A stretch of 64,000 bases of DNA from positions 941,942-1,005,941 of the forward strand of contig JBMOKY010000001.1 in assembly GCA_049325535.1 (NCBI GenBank). Reading direction: 5' to 3'. A program made the position numbers and the translations under genes. The notes beneath the pieces are model-generated. The model was not told the origin of the DNA and ran no database searches. It worked only from the letters and a program-made list of their open reading frames with translations. The DNA comes from Patescibacteria group bacterium (GTDB lineage Bacteria; Patescibacteriota; Patescibacteriia; UBA10025; JAHIVO01). Shown piece after piece: positions 1 through 10,113 of the stretch (positions are counted from its first letter, which is position 1; each line of letters starts with the position of its first letter).

Positions 1-620
1 ATCGGTTCCGACCCGGCCATGCCCTGGTCAAAGAGGAGTACGTCATCTCCGAAATATGAATCAGTATCCTGGGCGCGCCGGTCAATCTTGATCATGCCAG
101 TGATGATGCCCTTAGCTTGGTCAGTATAAACCCCTTTCAGGAGGATGTCACCCGACGTGTGCGGCGCCCGATGGTGCATCACCAAATGCAGCGCGTGCTG
201 GGACCGTGCTTGGCCAAAGAGCGCTCCCCGATAATTCGCCACACTGCCACGTCCCTGCAGCTCAAACCGCAGGTGGGTATCCACGCGCGCGCCACCACTC
301 AAGGCCTGAATGACCGTCACCCGACTATCATGCGCCAGATGAAACGATAGGAGATGGACGCCCGAATCGATCACCGGCACAGCACCAATCAACACTAAAA
401 CTACCTCAGTGCCCGCGGTAATGTGGTATTGCACGTTATGAAATTGTTCGGATTGAATATCTAGAGTAATCACGCCTGATTTTTTCACCACTACCCGCTT
501 CGGCCGAAGCGTTCCCTGCGCTCGCCGCTCCAATGATTCGGGCAATCGCTGTAACGGATCCGCCTTTGGATAGAGCGCTCGATTGGTAATAGGGATAGTG
601 ATGTGAGGACGGTCAGTCAT
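1..620 (-). CDS. sufD: Fe-S cluster assembly protein SufD (partial; N-terminus at 620, 3' end runs off window start)
   Basis: Reverse-complement of 1..620 is an open frame from an ATG at 620 (MTDRPHITIPITNRALYPKADP...). It lies directly downstream of sufC-sufB on the same strand and has SufB/SufD-family character. It has no in-window stop, so it is absent from the ORF track. Confidence 0.65.
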   Translation of the reverse strand, partial: MTDRPHITIPITNRALYPKADPLQRLPESLERRAQGTLRPKRVVVKKSGVITLDIQSEQFHNVQYHITAGTEVVLVLIGAVPVIDSGVHLLSFHLAHDSRVTVIQALSGGARVDTHLRFELQGRGSVANYRGALFGQARSQHALHLVMHHRAPHTSGDILLKGVYTDQAKGIITGMIKIDRRAQDTDSYFGDDVLLFDQGMAGSEP

Positions 621-625
621 ATGGA

Positions 626-2038
626 TTAACCTACGCTCCCCTCCATCTCTAGCTGGATGAGACGATTCAATTCCACGGCGTATTCGACCGGCAATTCCTT
701 CGCGATCGGCTCGATAAATCCAGAAACAATCATGGACATGGCTTCTGTCTCCGATAAGCCGCGGCTCATCAAATAAAATAATTGTTCTTCACCGACTTTC
801 CCGACCGATGCCTCGTGGCCGATCTGCACGTCACTCTCCCGGATATCCATCGTCGGATATGTGTCTGATCGTGATTGGGGATGCAATAGCAATGCATCGC
901 ACACGACATTCGATTTGCAGCCGCGCATGCCGGATGGTACGCGCACTAAACCACGGTACGAGGTGCGGCCGCGGTCTTTGGAGACTGATTTGGAAATAAT
1001 AGTAGAGGTGGTCTCAGGCGCACCGTGAATCGCTTTGCCGCCGGCGTCCTGATGCTGGCCGGATCCGGCAAATGCGACTGATAGTACATCACCACGCGCT
1101 TTACGGCCGAGCAAATACACCGAGGGGTATTTCATGGTCACCCGACTGCCGAGATTACCATCCACCCACTCCATGGTCCCTTCTTCATAGACAAACGTGC
1201 GCTTGGTCACTAAATTATATACGTTCTTTGACCAGTTCTGCACCGTGGTATAGCGAACCCGAGCTCCCTCTTTCACAATGATTTCAACGACCGCTGAATG
1301 CAGCGAACCGCTGGTATACTGTGGCGCAGTGCAGCCTTCTACATAATGTACGAAGCTGCCGGGCTCGGCGATAATGAGCGTGCGCTCGAATTGGCCCACC
1401 TTCTCTTTGTTAATGCGAAAATACGCTTGCAACGGAAAGGTGACATGCACCCCAGCCGGCACATACAGAAAACTACCACCACTCCACACCGCCGTGTTCA
1501 ATGCCGCAAATTTATTATCACCAGCCGGCACCACGCGGCCAAAATACTGCTTCACCAGATCCGGATATTTCCGCAGGCCCGTGTCCATGTCAGTGAAAAT
1601 AACGCCAATCTTAGACATCTTATCCTGAAGGCTATGATAGACTGCTTCTGACTCATACTGCGCCATCACGCCAGTCAGATATTTTTGTTCAGCTTCAGGA
1701 ATACCCAGGCGGGTGTAGGTATTTCGAATCGCACTGGGCACTTTATTCCATTGCTGTACAACCCCAGTGGTTGGCTTGAGGTAATAATAAATGTCATCAA
1801 AATTGATACCGGACAAATCCGCGCCCCACGCTGGACCGTTTTTGGTGAGGAATGTATCGTACGCACGCAGACGATTTTCCCGCATCCAGGCGGGTTCGTT
1901 TTTCATCGAGGAAATCTCTTCTACCGTTTTCCGGGTGAGCCCACGTTTGGCAGTGTGGACGTAGGAAACCCGATCTGGCCGCTCGGCGGCCAGCTTCGCT
2001 TCATTGTCATACGCACGTAATGTTTGGGCGTCAGACAT
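626..2038 (-). CDS. sufB: Fe-S cluster assembly protein SufB
   Basis: 470 aa with typical SufB sequence and length, immediately downstream of sufC. Confidence 0.95.
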   Translation of the reverse strand: MSDAQTLRAYDNEAKLAAERPDRVSYVHTAKRGLTRKTVEEISSMKNEPAWMRENRLRAYDTFLTKNGPAWGADLSGINFDDIYYYLKPTTGVVQQWNKVPSAIRNTYTRLGIPEAEQKYLTGVMAQYESEAVYHSLQDKMSKIGVIFTDMDTGLRKYPDLVKQYFGRVVPAGDNKFAALNTAVWSGGSFLYVPAGVHVTFPLQAYFRINKEKVGQFERTLIIAEPGSFVHYVEGCTAPQYTSGSLHSAVVEIIVKEGARVRYTTVQNWSKNVYNLVTKRTFVYEEGTMEWVDGNLGSRVTMKYPSVYLLGRKARGDVLSVAFAGSGQHQDAGGKAIHGAPETTSTIISKSVSKDRGRTSYRGLVRVPSGMRGCKSNVVCDALLLHPQSRSDTYPTMDIRESDVQIGHEASVGKVGEEQLFYLMSRGLSETEAMSMIVSGFIEPIAKELPVEYAVELNRLIQLEMEGSVG

Positions 2039-2042
2039 ATGG

Positions 2043-2792
2043 CTACTTCTTTTTCCTTAACAACCAATCATAACCCCTGCGCTCAATCTGATGAGCGAGC
2101 GCCCGTTTACCCGACGTAATAATCCTGCCTGCCGACATGACGTGGACGTAATCTGGTTTGATATACCGTAAAATACGGACATAATGGGTGATGATGAGCA
2201 CGCCCAGCTGTGGATTCATGAGTTTAGTTATCCCCTTTGCCACCGCCCGGAGTGCATCAATGTCGAGACCCGAATCCGTCTCATCCAAAATCGCCAGTGT
2301 CGGCTCAAGCACTGCCAGCTGCAAAATTTCAGACTTCTTTTTTTCACCACCGGAAAATCCGTCATTGAGCGCGCGGCTGGCGAAATCGGCCTTCATATTC
2401 AGCAGATTCATCTTCGCTTCAATATGCCTATGAAAATCCAGGGCGGACAGCGGCGTACCTCGATGGGTATTATTGTATGCTGTCCGCAAAAAATGCTCGA
2501 GGGAGAGCCCGGGAACGGCCACCGGATATTGGAATGACAAAAAGATGCCGTGCTGCGCCCGCTGATCCGGACTTAATTTTTTTAAACGCGCCGAGCCATA
2601 GGTTATTGACCCTCGCGTCACCGTGTACCCGGGATGTCCGGCAATGACGGACGCAAGTGTTGATTTGCCCGAACCGTTGGGGCCCATCAGCGCGTGAATC
2701 GTACCTGGCTGAATAGTCAAATCAACCCCGCGAAGAATCGGGGTCTGGTCGATGCGGACATGAAGATTTTTTATGGCAAGCGTCTGTTGCAT
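2043..2792 (-). CDS. sufC: Fe-S cluster assembly ATPase SufC
   Basis: 249 aa ABC ATPase with Walker A (GPNGSGKST), ABC signature (SGGEKKK) and a Walker B region; position fits the sufCBD operon. Confidence 0.95.
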   Translation of the reverse strand: MQQTLAIKNLHVRIDQTPILRGVDLTIQPGTIHALMGPNGSGKSTLASVIAGHPGYTVTRGSITYGSARLKKLSPDQRAQHGIFLSFQYPVAVPGLSLEHFLRTAYNNTHRGTPLSALDFHRHIEAKMNLLNMKADFASRALNDGFSGGEKKKSEILQLAVLEPTLAILDETDSGLDIDALRAVAKGITKLMNPQLGVLIITHYVRILRYIKPDYVHVMSAGRIITSGKRALAHQIERRGYDWLLRKKK

Positions 2793-2807
2793 GGAACCGT
2801 CGCGATG

Positions 2808-3374
2808 TCAGGACGCATGCTTGGCGGCGTACGCCTCCTGATAATACACACAGCTGGCATTGAAACGACAATCGGAACAGAGAAGCACGGTGTCGAGTAT
2901 GTCTTTCTTCAGTTTGCCGCACGCCTCGCAGCGACCCTGTCCCACCGCCAGTTTCCGACCCTGAGCCCGACACGCGTCACAAATTCCTCTGATTTCGACC
3001 TGTTCCATGCGGGACTGAAATTTCTGAGTCTGGGCCAAATGTTTCAGCGATTTAAACACCTGATCATCGACGATATTGGAAATCCTGCCACACACTTCAC
3101 ACAATAAATGCACATGCGCATCAATCTGGCCTTCATATAACCCAATCTTATTGACCACCGCTTCCTTGATGTACCCGTGGTCGCGGAGGAAATTTAAATT
3201 CCGATACACGGTTGCAAAACTGATTGTCGGCATCTTTTTTTTAACCACCGAGTATATGTGATCAGCGCCGTGATGCCCGGGCGTCTCTCGCAGATACTCC
3301 AAAATAACCATGCGCTGATTGGTCAGCCGCCAGTCTGATTTTTTTTCCTTTTTCTGCTGTGTCCGGGTGGTCAT
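2808..3374 (-). CDS. Fur-family transcriptional regulator with extra Cys-rich C-terminal extension
   Basis: The N-terminal ~115 aa are Fur-like (winged helix ...MVILEYLRE...ADHIYSVV...TVYRNLNFLRDHGYI; HVHLLCEVCG). The C-terminal ~70 aa add four further CxxC-type cysteine pairs. It is the first gene of the suf operon. Confidence 0.8.
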   Translation of the reverse strand: MTTRTQQKKEKKSDWRLTNQRMVILEYLRETPGHHGADHIYSVVKKKMPTISFATVYRNLNFLRDHGYIKEAVVNKIGLYEGQIDAHVHLLCEVCGRISNIVDDQVFKSLKHLAQTQKFQSRMEQVEIRGICDACRAQGRKLAVGQGRCEACGKLKKDILDTVLLCSDCRFNASCVYYQEAYAAKHAS

Positions 3375-3465
3375 GCCAGTACGTAACTATTGATAACCAT
3401 TACTAACCAAACCATACCATGAGGCACGGGCGCTGTCAAAATGGTCCTCCGGCGAGATACGCCAA

Positions 3466-4980
3466 TCAAATTGACTGCCGCCGGATTTCAAAAATCCGCT
3501 CTTTTTTCAGCGCCTCAAGCGCCAATTCGATACGGTCGGCATTTTGGGCGTAGAGGGTAAACATGCGCTCTTCCCGCCTGACCTTCTGCCCGAGCCGCTT
3601 ATTGATATAGATGCCGGCTAACTTCTCATGCGGAGCGCCGAGGATACGGGCCACCTGGTCAACCATCTCATCATTGACGCCGACGATGGTGCCGCTGTAT
3701 GGAGCGTAGAACCGGTGACGGATGGCGGCCAAGGTCAGGTCTTCAGAATCAATCTCCGCCTTTCCCCCCTGCTCCCGGATGATCTCCTGCATCTTTCGCC
3801 AGGCAGCGCCGGATGTCAGCGCTTCAGCGGCCAGCATATGTCCCTTACCCGGTTTGGCCTTGCCGGCTAACTCCAATAAATGCCCGGCTAATTTGATTGA
3901 CTTCTTTTCCAAATCGGACGGACGGTAGTCCTTCTGTTGAAGCACGCGCAGGACGTCACGCGCCTCTAGAGCCGGGCCGATGCCCCGCCCGACCGGTTCC
4001 GTTGTCCGGCTCAGCACTACCCTAATTTTAATCTTAAATCTCCGAGCCAGATATTCAAATTTTGCTTTGACATTCAGTGCGTCAGCACGGCTGGTTATTT
4101 TTACCGTCGGGCCATATGGCAGATCAACCACCAGATGGGTCACCCCCATAGCTACTTTCTTAGCCAGGATGCTGACCACCATCTTATCCAGCGGTTCGAG
4201 CGCGAGTGGATGCGAAACCCGAATGAGGTAATCATCGGCCGGGGCCAATCTGAAACTGCCACCCCAGATGATGCAGGTATTTATTTTTTTAGTAATCTCC
4301 TGGATCCGCTTAAACGACAGCCGCACGGGCGCCAATACCTCCATGGTGTCAGCCGTACCGGCTGGCGAGGTGATGGCGCGCGATGACGTCTTGGGGATGA
4401 AAACACCCTGCGATGCCACCATCGGGATTACCACCATGGTCGTCCGGTTCCCCGCCACCCCACCGATGGAATGTTTGTCCGCCACCACCTTACGGGCCGG
4501 CTTCAGCATCTCGCCGGTTTCTGCCATCGCCTTGGTCATGAAAAACAGCTCTTCATTGGAAAACTCTTTGATAAAACTGGAGGCGACGAAATATGTGGTT
4601 TCCACACGACTCAATTTATGGTCCACGATATCCCGGATGATCGAATGCATCTCGGCGTAGGTCAGCTTCTCTCCGAGTAATTTCTTTTTGATAGCTTCAA
4701 TCGAAAGAGGACGCGATAAAACTCGCAGGGACACCGGCTCATTCGGCTGAACGGGGACGGTGCGCCAAATTTCGCGAAAAAAACCGATTTCCCCCGAGCT
4801 GACTTTATGCCGGGTATAATAGGCGGTGACGATTGCTTTGTGCCGCTTTCCCCAGCTGATCTCAATCAGATCCCCGAGCACAATACCCAAAATTCGGGCT
4901 TCGTCCTCCTGCAGCACGACCACCCAGGGCTGGCCACCGGACCCGAAATCGAGTTTGCGGGCACGTAAAAAAAACGTCAT
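3466..4980 (-). CDS. DeoA-family nucleoside phosphorylase, long archaeal-type form (AMP phosphorylase-like)
   Basis: 504 aa with a glycosyl-transferase family 3 / thymidine phosphorylase core (…KHSIGGVAGN…TSSRAITSPAGTADT…). The ~80-aa N-terminal extension and ~500-aa total length match AMP phosphorylases rather than ~440-aa bacterial thymidine phosphorylases. Confidence 0.75.
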   Translation of the reverse strand: MTFFLRARKLDFGSGGQPWVVVLQEDEARILGIVLGDLIEISWGKRHKAIVTAYYTRHKVSSGEIGFFREIWRTVPVQPNEPVSLRVLSRPLSIEAIKKKLLGEKLTYAEMHSIIRDIVDHKLSRVETTYFVASSFIKEFSNEELFFMTKAMAETGEMLKPARKVVADKHSIGGVAGNRTTMVVIPMVASQGVFIPKTSSRAITSPAGTADTMEVLAPVRLSFKRIQEITKKINTCIIWGGSFRLAPADDYLIRVSHPLALEPLDKMVVSILAKKVAMGVTHLVVDLPYGPTVKITSRADALNVKAKFEYLARRFKIKIRVVLSRTTEPVGRGIGPALEARDVLRVLQQKDYRPSDLEKKSIKLAGHLLELAGKAKPGKGHMLAAEALTSGAAWRKMQEIIREQGGKAEIDSEDLTLAAIRHRFYAPYSGTIVGVNDEMVDQVARILGAPHEKLAGIYINKRLGQKVRREERMFTLYAQNADRIELALEALKKERIFEIRRQSI

Positions 4981-4989
4981 GAGGAATGG

Positions 4990-5961
4990 CTAGATAATAT
5001 TATTTCGGCGAGCGAGATAGATACTGCCAAAAACGATGCCGGCCATTAAACCAAAAATCATCCAAATTCCTATTGGATGATCGGCGAAGGGGAGTCCGGT
5101 GACATTCATGCCATAGATGCTGGCGATGAGTGTCATAGGTAGTAACGCCACGGAAATGACGGTGAGCATCTTAATGACTTCATTGGTGCGCTGATTGATG
5201 AATGACTCATTGGTGTCATACATGCTATCCACAAAATCACGGTAATTCTCCAGCGCCGACCACATATTCTCCAGGTAGTCATGTACATCATCAAAATATA
5301 CCTGGAGTTTTGAACTGATGGCCTGATTTTTCATATTGACCAGACGGTCGACCATCTTTATCTGTGGTTCCATGATGCGCCGAAGATTCAGCACATTGCG
5401 CCGGATGATGGCCAGATTGGTAGTGGCCGCTTTGTTGCGGCTGGAATAGACGTCCTCCTCAACTTCGTTCAGGTATTGGCCGACCTCGTTGATTACCGGG
5501 AGTGTCTTGTGGTAGCGGCCGTCAATTATCTTATAGAGAAGATATGCCGCGCTATTCTTCAGCGGATCGTATGGGAACCCTTTGTGGTTTTTCTTACGCA
5601 GCGCCACTAAATAATCCTCTATGAACATATCCGGCTCATTGGTGATAGTCACCAAAAAATCCTTTCCCAAAAAAACATCCAGCGAACGGATGCCTACCCG
5701 CCGGGTCTCCTGGTCATATTCCGGAAAATGGAAAATCATGAACAGGTACTTTTCATAGGGATCCAGCTTCGGTCGCTGCACCCCTTCCAGACAGTCTTTC
5801 AGGTCCAAAGGATGAAAATCAAACTCTTTCTGCAAAAAAGCTATATCCGCCTCGGCAAGCGAGCTGATATGAATCCAGCGTAATCGATGAATGGTGAGTG
5901 TCGTAACCGGCATAAAACCGATACCCCATACTGATGAAGTGGAGCTTCCAGTATACACCAA
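4990..5961 (-). CDS. corA: CorA family Mg2+/Co2+ transporter
   Basis: 323 aa with a C-terminal two-TM region carrying the YGMN signature (SIYGMNVTGLPF). Confidence 0.9.
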   Translation of the reverse strand: MVYTGSSTSSVWGIGFMPVTTLTIHRLRWIHISSLAEADIAFLQKEFDFHPLDLKDCLEGVQRPKLDPYEKYLFMIFHFPEYDQETRRVGIRSLDVFLGKDFLVTITNEPDMFIEDYLVALRKKNHKGFPYDPLKNSAAYLLYKIIDGRYHKTLPVINEVGQYLNEVEEDVYSSRNKAATTNLAIIRRNVLNLRRIMEPQIKMVDRLVNMKNQAISSKLQVYFDDVHDYLENMWSALENYRDFVDSMYDTNESFINQRTNEVIKMLTVISVALLPMTLIASIYGMNVTGLPFADHPIGIWMIFGLMAGIVFGSIYLARRNNII

Positions 5962-6097
5962 TCACGGGCAAATTAAAACCTTGGCAGCACGGTGACTCGT
6001 GCCATCAACAGGATGAATACGGCCCTTATAGAGTATGGTTATTATTATGGAACATAATGAGTGTACTTTTTTAGGCTTTCAAAAACCAATATTTGTA

Positions 6098-6116
6098 CCG
6101 TTTCATAATGAAACGG
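6098..6116. promoter_or_regulatory. Perfect 9-1-9 inverted repeat CCGTTTCAT-A-ATGAAACGG upstream of corA (candidate operator)
   Basis: Both arms were confirmed by reverse-complementing; the site lies ~140 bp upstream of the corA start in a 420-bp non-coding spacer. It is AT-rich and has a 1-nt spacer, so it cannot form a terminator hairpin. Confidence 0.3.
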
Positions 6117-6381
6117 TCACAGCCTCCCTGTGGGATTTGGAGGACGCCGCACTCACGGTGACCGGTATACTCATTGGCCGTTGTCAATTCAAAACCCGTA
6201 AACGAAGGAATGAAAGGAGAGCAACGATGACAAGGAAGTTGCTCGGCATACTCGTATGCCTCGTCTATTCCTCGCCGTTACGGCGTTTGAATATCCGAAT
6301 CCTGCACCGTCCATTTCGCAGGATACCGCGTCAGTATCGGTAATGCCGAATCTGTCATTATCTGAACTGGGTACGACTTCC

Positions 6382-6636
6382 TTACGTATGCACTGCGGCA
6401 TTCAGCTCATCAAGCAACGGCTCGATGGGGATGCCATGCACTGCTGCGCCTGATTCTAATGATTCATACGGTGAAATCATGCAGCCGATGCAATGAAAGC
6501 CGTACCGCACTAATATTTCCGTGACCTGCGGATACTGCTGGACGATATCCCCCATCAGCATATCTGAGGTGATTGCCGGCATTTTATTCCCGGCCTTTTT
6601 CCCGCCAGTGGCGGATTTAGAAATTTTTGCACTCAT
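6382..6636 (-). CDS. DUF1858 domain protein (small redox/disulfide-type protein often linked to hybrid-cluster systems)
   Basis: 84 aa with a DUF1858-like C-terminal core (MLMGDIVQQYPQVTEILVRYGFHCIGCMIS…ESLESGAAVHGIPIEPLLDELN). Confidence 0.65.
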   Translation of the reverse strand: MSAKISKSATGGKKAGNKMPAITSDMLMGDIVQQYPQVTEILVRYGFHCIGCMISPYESLESGAAVHGIPIEPLLDELNAAVHT

Positions 6637-6700
6637 ACCAGATGAAGTCTACCGCGCCAGCTCCTGCTGTCAAATCGGGTATTTTCTATTTGCAAAAAAT

Positions 6701-6729
6701 TTGCAATTACAATAAATCTCTGCTATACT
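6701..6729 (+). promoter_or_regulatory. Sigma70-type promoter TTGCAA-N17-TATACT for the Zur-like gene (near-leaderless)
   Basis: Spacing was counted directly; the -10 ends 11 nt before the ATG at 6741. The region also contains the self-palindromic TTTGCAAA and a direct repeat TTTGCAA(AAAA)TTTGCAA. Confidence 0.55.
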
Positions 6730-6740
6730 CCCCCCTGCCT

Positions 6741-7115
6741 ATGAAACCTGTGGATAAGCTCAAATTAAGCCATACGAAAATCACCCGACCACGAAAACTG
6801 GTACTGGAGTATTTAGCAAAACAACAAAAACCCAAAACCACCCAAGAAATTTGCGCAGCATTAAAAAATAAAGTGGACCAGGTAAGCGTCTACCGCACCG
6901 TGGAACTATTGAAATCCCTGCATATCATTTTTGAAGAATGTTTACTCGACGAACATCGCTACTATGCGGCGGATTCACCCCATCATCATGTGGTGTGTCG
7001 AAAATGCAAACGAGTTGAGTGCCTCCCCTGCCACGTGGAATTCACGCCACCAAAAAAATTTACCGATATTACCCACCATTTATCGTTAACCGGCATCTGC
7101 GCGCAGTGCCAATAA
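6741..7115 (+). CDS. Fur-family regulator, Zur-like
   Basis: Fur-like winged helix and metal-site residues (…HHHVVCRKCKRVECLP…CAQC). The start is placed at the internal Met because the promoter lies inside the longer ORF (6627). A ZIP zinc transporter follows immediately. Confidence 0.8.
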   Translation: MKPVDKLKLSHTKITRPRKLVLEYLAKQQKPKTTQEICAALKNKVDQVSVYRTVELLKSLHIIFEECLLDEHRYYAADSPHHHVVCRKCKRVECLPCHVEFTPPKKFTDITHHLSLTGICAQCQ

Positions 7116-7124
7116 CCAATCAAT

Positions 7125-7874
7125 ATGACCTCCATCTGGCTCTACTCCATCCTCAGCGTCCTCGCCATTAGTCTCATGTCATTTATCGGCCTCGTTTCGC
7201 TCTCTGTATCCATGGAACGACTAAAAAAAGTTCTACTGTTCCTGGTCAGTTTTGCCGCAGGCTCCATGCTCGGCGGAGCCTTTTTCCACCTGCTCCCGGA
7301 AGCATACGACGAGCCAAGTACGGCCGCCCACGCTCCGCTTTTCATCATCATTGGTATCGTCCTTTTTTTCACTCTGGAAAAATACCTCCACTGGCGGCAC
7401 TGCCACACGCCGACATCGACTGAACACCCCCACCCCGTGGGCATCAGCAATCTGGTCGGTGACGCTTTTCATAACTTTCTCGATGGCGTCATCATCGCGG
7501 GCGCCTACCTGGTCAGCCCCGGCATCGGACTTGCTACCACGCTGGCGGTTGTGCTCCATGAAATCCCCCAGGAAATCGGTGACTTCAGCATCCTGGTACA
7601 CGCCGGGTACACGCGCGCCCGGGCTCTTTTTTTCAATTTCCTGTCAGCGCTGACGGCATTGGCTGGCGCTATCGTCACGCTGGCGATCGGAGGAAATGTC
7701 GACATCGCCCATACGTATCTGGTTCCCATCACTATCGGTGGTTTCATCTACATCGCGGCCGCTGATCTTATCCCGGAAATCAAACGCGAAGAACATCTGG
7801 GCAAGTCCATTGCTCAGCTACTCATGTTTGTCATCGGCATCGGACTGATGGCGCTGATGCGTATTTTTGAATAG
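7125..7874 (+). CDS. zupT: ZIP family zinc transporter (ZupT-like)
   Basis: 249 aa, multi-TM, with the conserved HEIPQEIGDF motif. Confidence 0.9.
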   Translation: MTSIWLYSILSVLAISLMSFIGLVSLSVSMERLKKVLLFLVSFAAGSMLGGAFFHLLPEAYDEPSTAAHAPLFIIIGIVLFFTLEKYLHWRHCHTPTSTEHPHPVGISNLVGDAFHNFLDGVIIAGAYLVSPGIGLATTLAVVLHEIPQEIGDFSILVHAGYTRARALFFNFLSALTALAGAIVTLAIGGNVDIAHTYLVPITIGGFIYIAAADLIPEIKREEHLGKSIAQLLMFVIGIGLMALMRIFE

Positions 7875-7878
7875 TCAG

Positions 7879-9021
7879 CTACCCGGATGGCTGGACGTCC
7901 GCTGGAGTGTGCCGATACCGACCGGAAAACCAGACGGCGATACCAGTCGTAATCGGCACCATCAGCACTAATCCAATGCTCCCCACCAGCGTCCGGACTA
8001 TTTCCGTGGCGATAATTTCGCTATTGATTGCTTCGGCAAATGTCGGCGCATTCACATCCGTGGCACTGAATAAAATAAGGAGTGGCAGCGCCGCACCGGC
8101 ATAGGCAAAGAAGAGCGTATTGACCATTGAACTCATATGTGACACGCCGACCCGCATGCTCCGCATATACAGCTCGCGTTTTGATATGCGCGGATTGACC
8201 GAGCGCAGTTCACCGACCACCGCAGTTTGTGAAACCGCTACGTCATCGAGTACGCCCAGGGCGCCGATGATAATACCAGCCAGCAGCAGCCCGCGCACAT
8301 TCAGCTCGCCTGAACCTAAGCCCAGCAGGTAAATGGCGTCATCACTGGCAAAGCCAGTCAGCTTTGTCAGCGCGGTAAACCACACAGCCAACAGTCCCGT
8401 CACCACCAAGGTACCGAAAATAGAGGCGATTGCCAGTGTTGAAGGTCGATTCAAACCCTCGGTCAGATAAATTGCCAGTACTAATATGCCAAACGTCCCG
8501 ACGATGCTGATCAGGAGGGGGGATGCGCCATCCACAATCTGCGGAATAATGAAACCGAGAATAACCACAAACGACAATACCAACACAACTAGTGCGCGAA
8601 GCCCCTTCAACCTGCCGACGGCCACCACGGTGAGCGCAAACAGTCCGGCCAGCCAATACAGCACCCCCCGGCGGATATAATCAACCACGTAAAATTGATC
8701 ATCACCCTCAACCCCGACGACATGGGCCACCTGGACCACGTCATCGATTGCATATGTATTCTGCGCTACTGCCTCATACCGCGTACCGTCAAAGGTAATC
8801 TCCTGGCCTTCCCAAGTGCCGTCCAGCGCCTTCAGTTTCAGCACCTGCTGTACGATCTCACCGCCTGATTCCCCAGCTACCGTCTGTTCGTCCACCACCT
8901 CGATGACCCGCGCCTGAAATGTCTCACCACTTTCGGTCTGTCCAAAGGCAATGCCAGGGATGAAGATACCAACCAGCAACCATACTATGATAGAGAGTTG
9001 AAATAGTAACCGTCGGCACAT
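7879..9021 (-). CDS. YibE/F-like integral membrane protein
   Basis: N-terminal signal/TM, an extracytoplasmic domain, then ~6 TM with YibE/F-like sequence. The start is placed at internal Met (MCRRLL…) to avoid overlapping the divergent ABC gene; the ORF track start is 9174. Confidence 0.65.
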   Translation of the reverse strand: MCRRLLFQLSIIVWLLVGIFIPGIAFGQTESGETFQARVIEVVDEQTVAGESGGEIVQQVLKLKALDGTWEGQEITFDGTRYEAVAQNTYAIDDVVQVAHVVGVEGDDQFYVVDYIRRGVLYWLAGLFALTVVAVGRLKGLRALVVLVLSFVVILGFIIPQIVDGASPLLISIVGTFGILVLAIYLTEGLNRPSTLAIASIFGTLVVTGLLAVWFTALTKLTGFASDDAIYLLGLGSGELNVRGLLLAGIIIGALGVLDDVAVSQTAVVGELRSVNPRISKRELYMRSMRVGVSHMSSMVNTLFFAYAGAALPLLILFSATDVNAPTFAEAINSEIIATEIVRTLVGSIGLVLMVPITTGIAVWFSGRYRHTPADVQPSG

Positions 9022-9132
9022 ATGACGTATTGTAGCATACCAGTGGCTCTGCGCCCCAATTGGAGTATTTACATACCCATAAAACCTAGCTATACTGAAC
9101 AAATGACTATTGATTACAATTCGCATTAAGGT

Positions 9133-10113
9133 ATGTCCGAAAATAATGCTATCACCATCCACGGCCTGCGCCACTCGTTTAAAAAACTGGAAGTGCTCAA
9201 AGGCCTAGACCTCCAGGTCGGCCGCGGCACTATCCTGGCGCTCCTGGGGCCAAATGGCGCTGGCAAGACCACTACTATCCGCATTTTGAGTACCCTGCTC
9301 CGACCCGATGCCGGACAGGTGTCGGTGAATGGGTACGACGTGCTCCATGAACCCCAGCGCGTCCGGGAAAGCATCGGCTTGACCGGCCAATACGCCGCCG
9401 TGGACGAGTACCTGACCGGTACGGAAAATCTGATTATGATGGGCCAGCTCTACCATCTCAGTCGGGCTGACGCCCGGCGGCGCACCAGCGAACTGCTGGA
9501 ACAATTTGATCTGGTCGATGCCCGCGATCGAGCGGTGAAAACATACTCCGGTGGCATGCGCCGCCGGCTCGACCTAGCCGCCAGCCTGATCGCCACGCCA
9601 CCCATCGTATTTCTCGACGAGCCCACCACCGGTCTCGACCCGCGCAGCCGGCTCGGGATGTGGCATATCATCGAGCAGCTCGTCGAGGCCGACGTGACAA
9701 TCCTCTTGACCACCCAGTATCTCGAAGAGGCCGACCGCCTCGCCGACCGTATCGCCGTGCTGGATGACGGCCGGATAATCGCCGCAGGGACCGCGGATGA
9801 GCTCAAATCGCGAGTCGGTAAAGAACGGCTGGAAATAATCATCAGTCAGCAGAGCGATATGGCCAAAGCGATGACCATACTTTCAGACCAGGATCCCCTC
9901 CAGGACGCGGAACGCCGTTCAGTGAGCGTACCGATTGGTGGAAGCGTAGCGGAGGTCCGTCATGTGCTCGACCTGATGGAAAAAGCCGACGTGAACATTG
10001 AATCCCTTTCGCTCCACAAACCTACCCTCGATGACGTCTTTCTCCACTTTACCGGCCACAAAGCCGAAGCAGACGCTCCCGCAACTGACTTAAAAAACAC
10101 TCCACCTGTATGA
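9133..10113 (+). CDS. ABC transporter ATP-binding protein (DrrA-like)
   Basis: Walker A GPNGAGKTT, ABC signature SGGMRRR and Walker B ILLTTQY…. Confidence 0.9.
   Translation: MSENNAITIHGLRHSFKKLEVLKGLDLQVGRGTILALLGPNGAGKTTTIRILSTLLRPDAGQVSVNGYDVLHEPQRVRESIGLTGQYAAVDEYLTGTENLIMMGQLYHLSRADARRRTSELLEQFDLVDARDRAVKTYSGGMRRRLDLAASLIATPPIVFLDEPTTGLDPRSRLGMWHIIEQLVEADVTILLTTQYLEEADRLADRIAVLDDGRIIAAGTADELKSRVGKERLEIIISQQSDMAKAMTILSDQDPLQDAERRSVSVPIGGSVAEVRHVLDLMEKADVNIESLSLHKPTLDDVFLHFTGHKAEADAPATDLKNTPPV

Noticed and set aside
117-350. 77-aa plus-strand ORF
   Set aside because: It lies wholly inside the sufD coding region on the opposite strand and has no RBS or promoter.
6035-6343. 102-aa plus-strand ORF in the corA upstream spacer
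   Set aside because: It has no RBS or promoter and an Arg-rich implausible composition; the region is better explained as the regulatory spacer containing the 9-1-9 palindrome.
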